Below, one piece after another: positions 61,444 through 64,000 of a stretch of DNA of 64,000 nt. The notes under the pieces were generated by a model. That model saw only the letters and a program-made list of their open reading frames with translations, had not been told where the DNA came from and made no database searches. Position 1 is the stretch's first letter, and each line of letters begins with the position of its first letter. A program made the position numbers and the translations under genes. The stretch is from Lingula anatina (lineage: Eukaryota > Animalia > Brachiopoda): NCBI GenBank assembly GCA_051362555.1, contig CM120643.1:7440001-7504000 (forward strand), read 5' to 3'.

Positions 61444-63451
61444 GTCACATACCTCGATCCCCACACGACTGTATGGTCGAATGGAGTCAAGATTTGATTG
61501 ATGTGCCCATGCCTGAATGACGCCAGTGGAGGCGTGTGAGAGGTGGAGTGACCATTACAGGATTAAGCAGTCTTCCTTTCATGTAGGTCTGCCATATTAA
61601 GGCCGTGGACCAGTTAGCACTCGGATCTTCTCATTGCTTCTTGATTATATATATAACTCTGCTAGTACTTCTTTATGTTTTACCTCAGATGTTTCAAGGA
61701 TCGAACTCGGAGCTACTGAATAACACTTATAACACTGGGATCACCGGATCCCTACGTCTATTCTCTACCTCTTGTATCTGCAGGTCCTTCTCTCTCTCTC
61801 TCTCTCAAAAACCCCGCCCAACTGCATGTCGCTTTCAATCCTAAGGCTAAGACTTCCGGTACCAGATCACTGCAACAAAGTACTCACCCTTTTGTCATCA
61901 AGAATGTGTTTGCATACATTTAAAGGGATGCTGGAATCGTGGAATGTCCTACTGCTTTAGATAAAACTTTAATGGTAACTCATAGATATATCTTGTCCTT
62001 GGAATAACGTTATTTCATTAACGTGTAAAATTTTCCCGCTCCGCCTAAGCCCGACTAAGTAGGTCAAAGAAAACCCGCAGTGAATACTGGGTCACATCTC
62101 GGTACATCCTGTCACTGGATCTCAGCACTACTAACACAACGCTCAATTTGAGCAAATAGAGCATTTAAGGACCTTCGCATTTAGAGTGATTACCATTAAA
62201 AGTAAAACAAACGTAGCCTACTTGAAAATATTCTAAAGTCAATTTTTTCCCAAATATCCTGCAAATCTACTAGTAAGCCTACTTGTAGGCCTACTTTACT
62301 TTTATAGACTGCGCTATCTAGAGACTATGCTTAGGCTATATTAGATGCGCGTTATTTTTTCTAAAAAGTTCCAAATTTTTTCCCCAATTTCAAGTATATT
62401 TTCTCAATGCCTGGTAACGAAGGTGTTGCAATTGGCTTCCTAACAGAGTGCAGCTTTGTCGTGTTACGTGTAAAATATTTGATTGTGCCCTGTCAACATA
62501 TCGTTCATCTAATCATGAGGGCCCGCTGGGAAGGGGGGGGGGGAGTGATCACATTTCACGGCCGCGGAAAATATCATCAAATCACAAATTACAAATTACA
62601 TAAATTGAATTAGAATTTTATTCATATCTCATTGAAAATGCGAGTCCGGCGAGCTGAAAATAACTATCATCGAGTATAATGACTTCGTTCCACTATAAGG
62701 ACGAGGGATAGAAACCCGCAATTCACGATTCACAGGAATGGGGTGCTTCACATCTCGGGGAATGATAAGTGGCTGTTACGGGTAAGGAAAATACCCAACG
62801 GGGCCTTCAGTCCTTGTCTTAACTAAAATGAGGATTTAATCAATGTCTATAATATTTCAAAACATTATTTAAAGCAACTAAAATTAATGATCTGGAGAAA
62901 AAATACGTCACGAAGGATTTTCAGCTTTTAAAAGTAGCTGCAAGTTATTTGTTGCGTTATTTAAGATAAACATTCTAGACATTTTCTGAGACGTTAAATA
63001 TTAAACTTGCTTCCAAACAAGTAGGCCTACCTTATTTTTCTAATTTATTGAAAATAAACTTATAGGCAAATGTGAGATGGAGTTGCGAGTGACAGTAGAG
63101 AAGGTCTAAAAATGAGTCTGCATTTCGTGTTTTGAATATGATTAGCACAGTGCTGAGCTAACTTATGCAACAATTTTCGTGTGCATTTAAAGACTCATGA
63201 TCACTAAAGGAAGAGCGAGAGACAAAATGTAGTTATTATTCATCTATACAACGTACCTCCGACCGTGTTGGGAGTTCGACCCCCTTGAGGACTCAGATGA
63301 TAGCTGTCGTCAATACTGCTTTTAAATAGCGTAACAAACGCGATCGTTCTTTGTTCTCATATCATAAACAGGAATATTTCTTTAAAAAATTATTAAAGAC
63401 ATCCTAACATTTTATACATATCTGTGAATATCTAGTGAAAACTCCATCTGT

Positions 63452-63485
<34 letters not shown>

Positions 63486-63667
63486 GTCTCTGGCCGAATT
63501 CACAACCAGTTGATCCTCGGACCAGAATTTATGATAATTTTAATTTTAAAACTGTTATGACTGATAAATGAAACTACATATTTTTCATTCGCCCGCATCT
63601 TCCGTATCTTTAGGAAAAAATATATTGAAAACGCATCTGTAAAGATTAACTCTGAAGAGATGAAAAA

Positions 63668-63708
63668 AATGCCCGAGCTTTCGGCTTGTGAACCTTCTTC
63701 AGGTACCA
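63668..63708 (-). ncRNA. Minimal hammerhead-ribozyme motif of the Penelope pLTR type (degenerate)
   Basis: Minus strand GGTAC-CTGAAGA-AGG-TTCACAAG-CC-GAAA-GC-TC-GGGCA: CUGANGA and GAAA cores, palindromic AGCU stem III, UC cleavage site. Stem I is weak. Confidence 0.55.
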
Positions 63709-64000
63709 AAACAAGAATAAACAAGCAAACTACTGGTATAAGTGGCGTATGATGCATGTAAAAGGGACACGAAGTTAGAAGTGCGTGATAAAGGTTAACG
63801 TCTTGAAGATTACATAATAATAAAACAAGACTAATATTCGTTGAGATATTCATTGTCTCTATAAAGTCCTTTTTTGAAGTGTCTAATATTTTTATGAACT
63901 TCTTCTCGACAATCCGTCTTTGTCTTGTGTCGCGTATGTGTCCATTTAAAATGGTGACTTTATTATGTACTGTGGTGGTTCTTGATGCGTAAGACAGCTT

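Overview
AT-rich, repeat-dense animal genomic DNA. The repeat repertoire suggests a marine invertebrate such as a mollusc, but the taxon is inferred. I see no intact host gene, rRNA, canonical tRNA or CRISPR. The window is a mosaic of transposons: a truncated L1/Tx1 LINE (minus strand), an intron-containing and internally deleted hAT element with both TIRs, and the 3' half of a Gypsy-type LTR element with two extra ORFs between pol and the PPT/LTR. It also holds an intron-containing Ginger/GIN-like integrase remnant, fragments of CMC/EnSpm, Harbinger (transposase and Myb/SANT), BEN, P2X7-C/KolX-like and OB-fold genes, two families of satellite-carrying Helentron-type (HINE) elements, many MITEs, a solo LTR and a Penelope-type hammerhead motif. 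Main observations: (1) every TE coding fragment I recognise between about 21 and 57 kb is on the + strand, with candidate minus-strand exons to the right, which fits a flamenco-like uni-strand piRNA cluster; (2) each Gypsy accessory ORF has its own splice acceptor just before the ATG, and the LTR carries a GTAAGT donor; (3) two 31-32 bp hairpins with 7-bp TSDs look like P-element excision footprints. All family calls come from reading motifs by eye, not from database searches.
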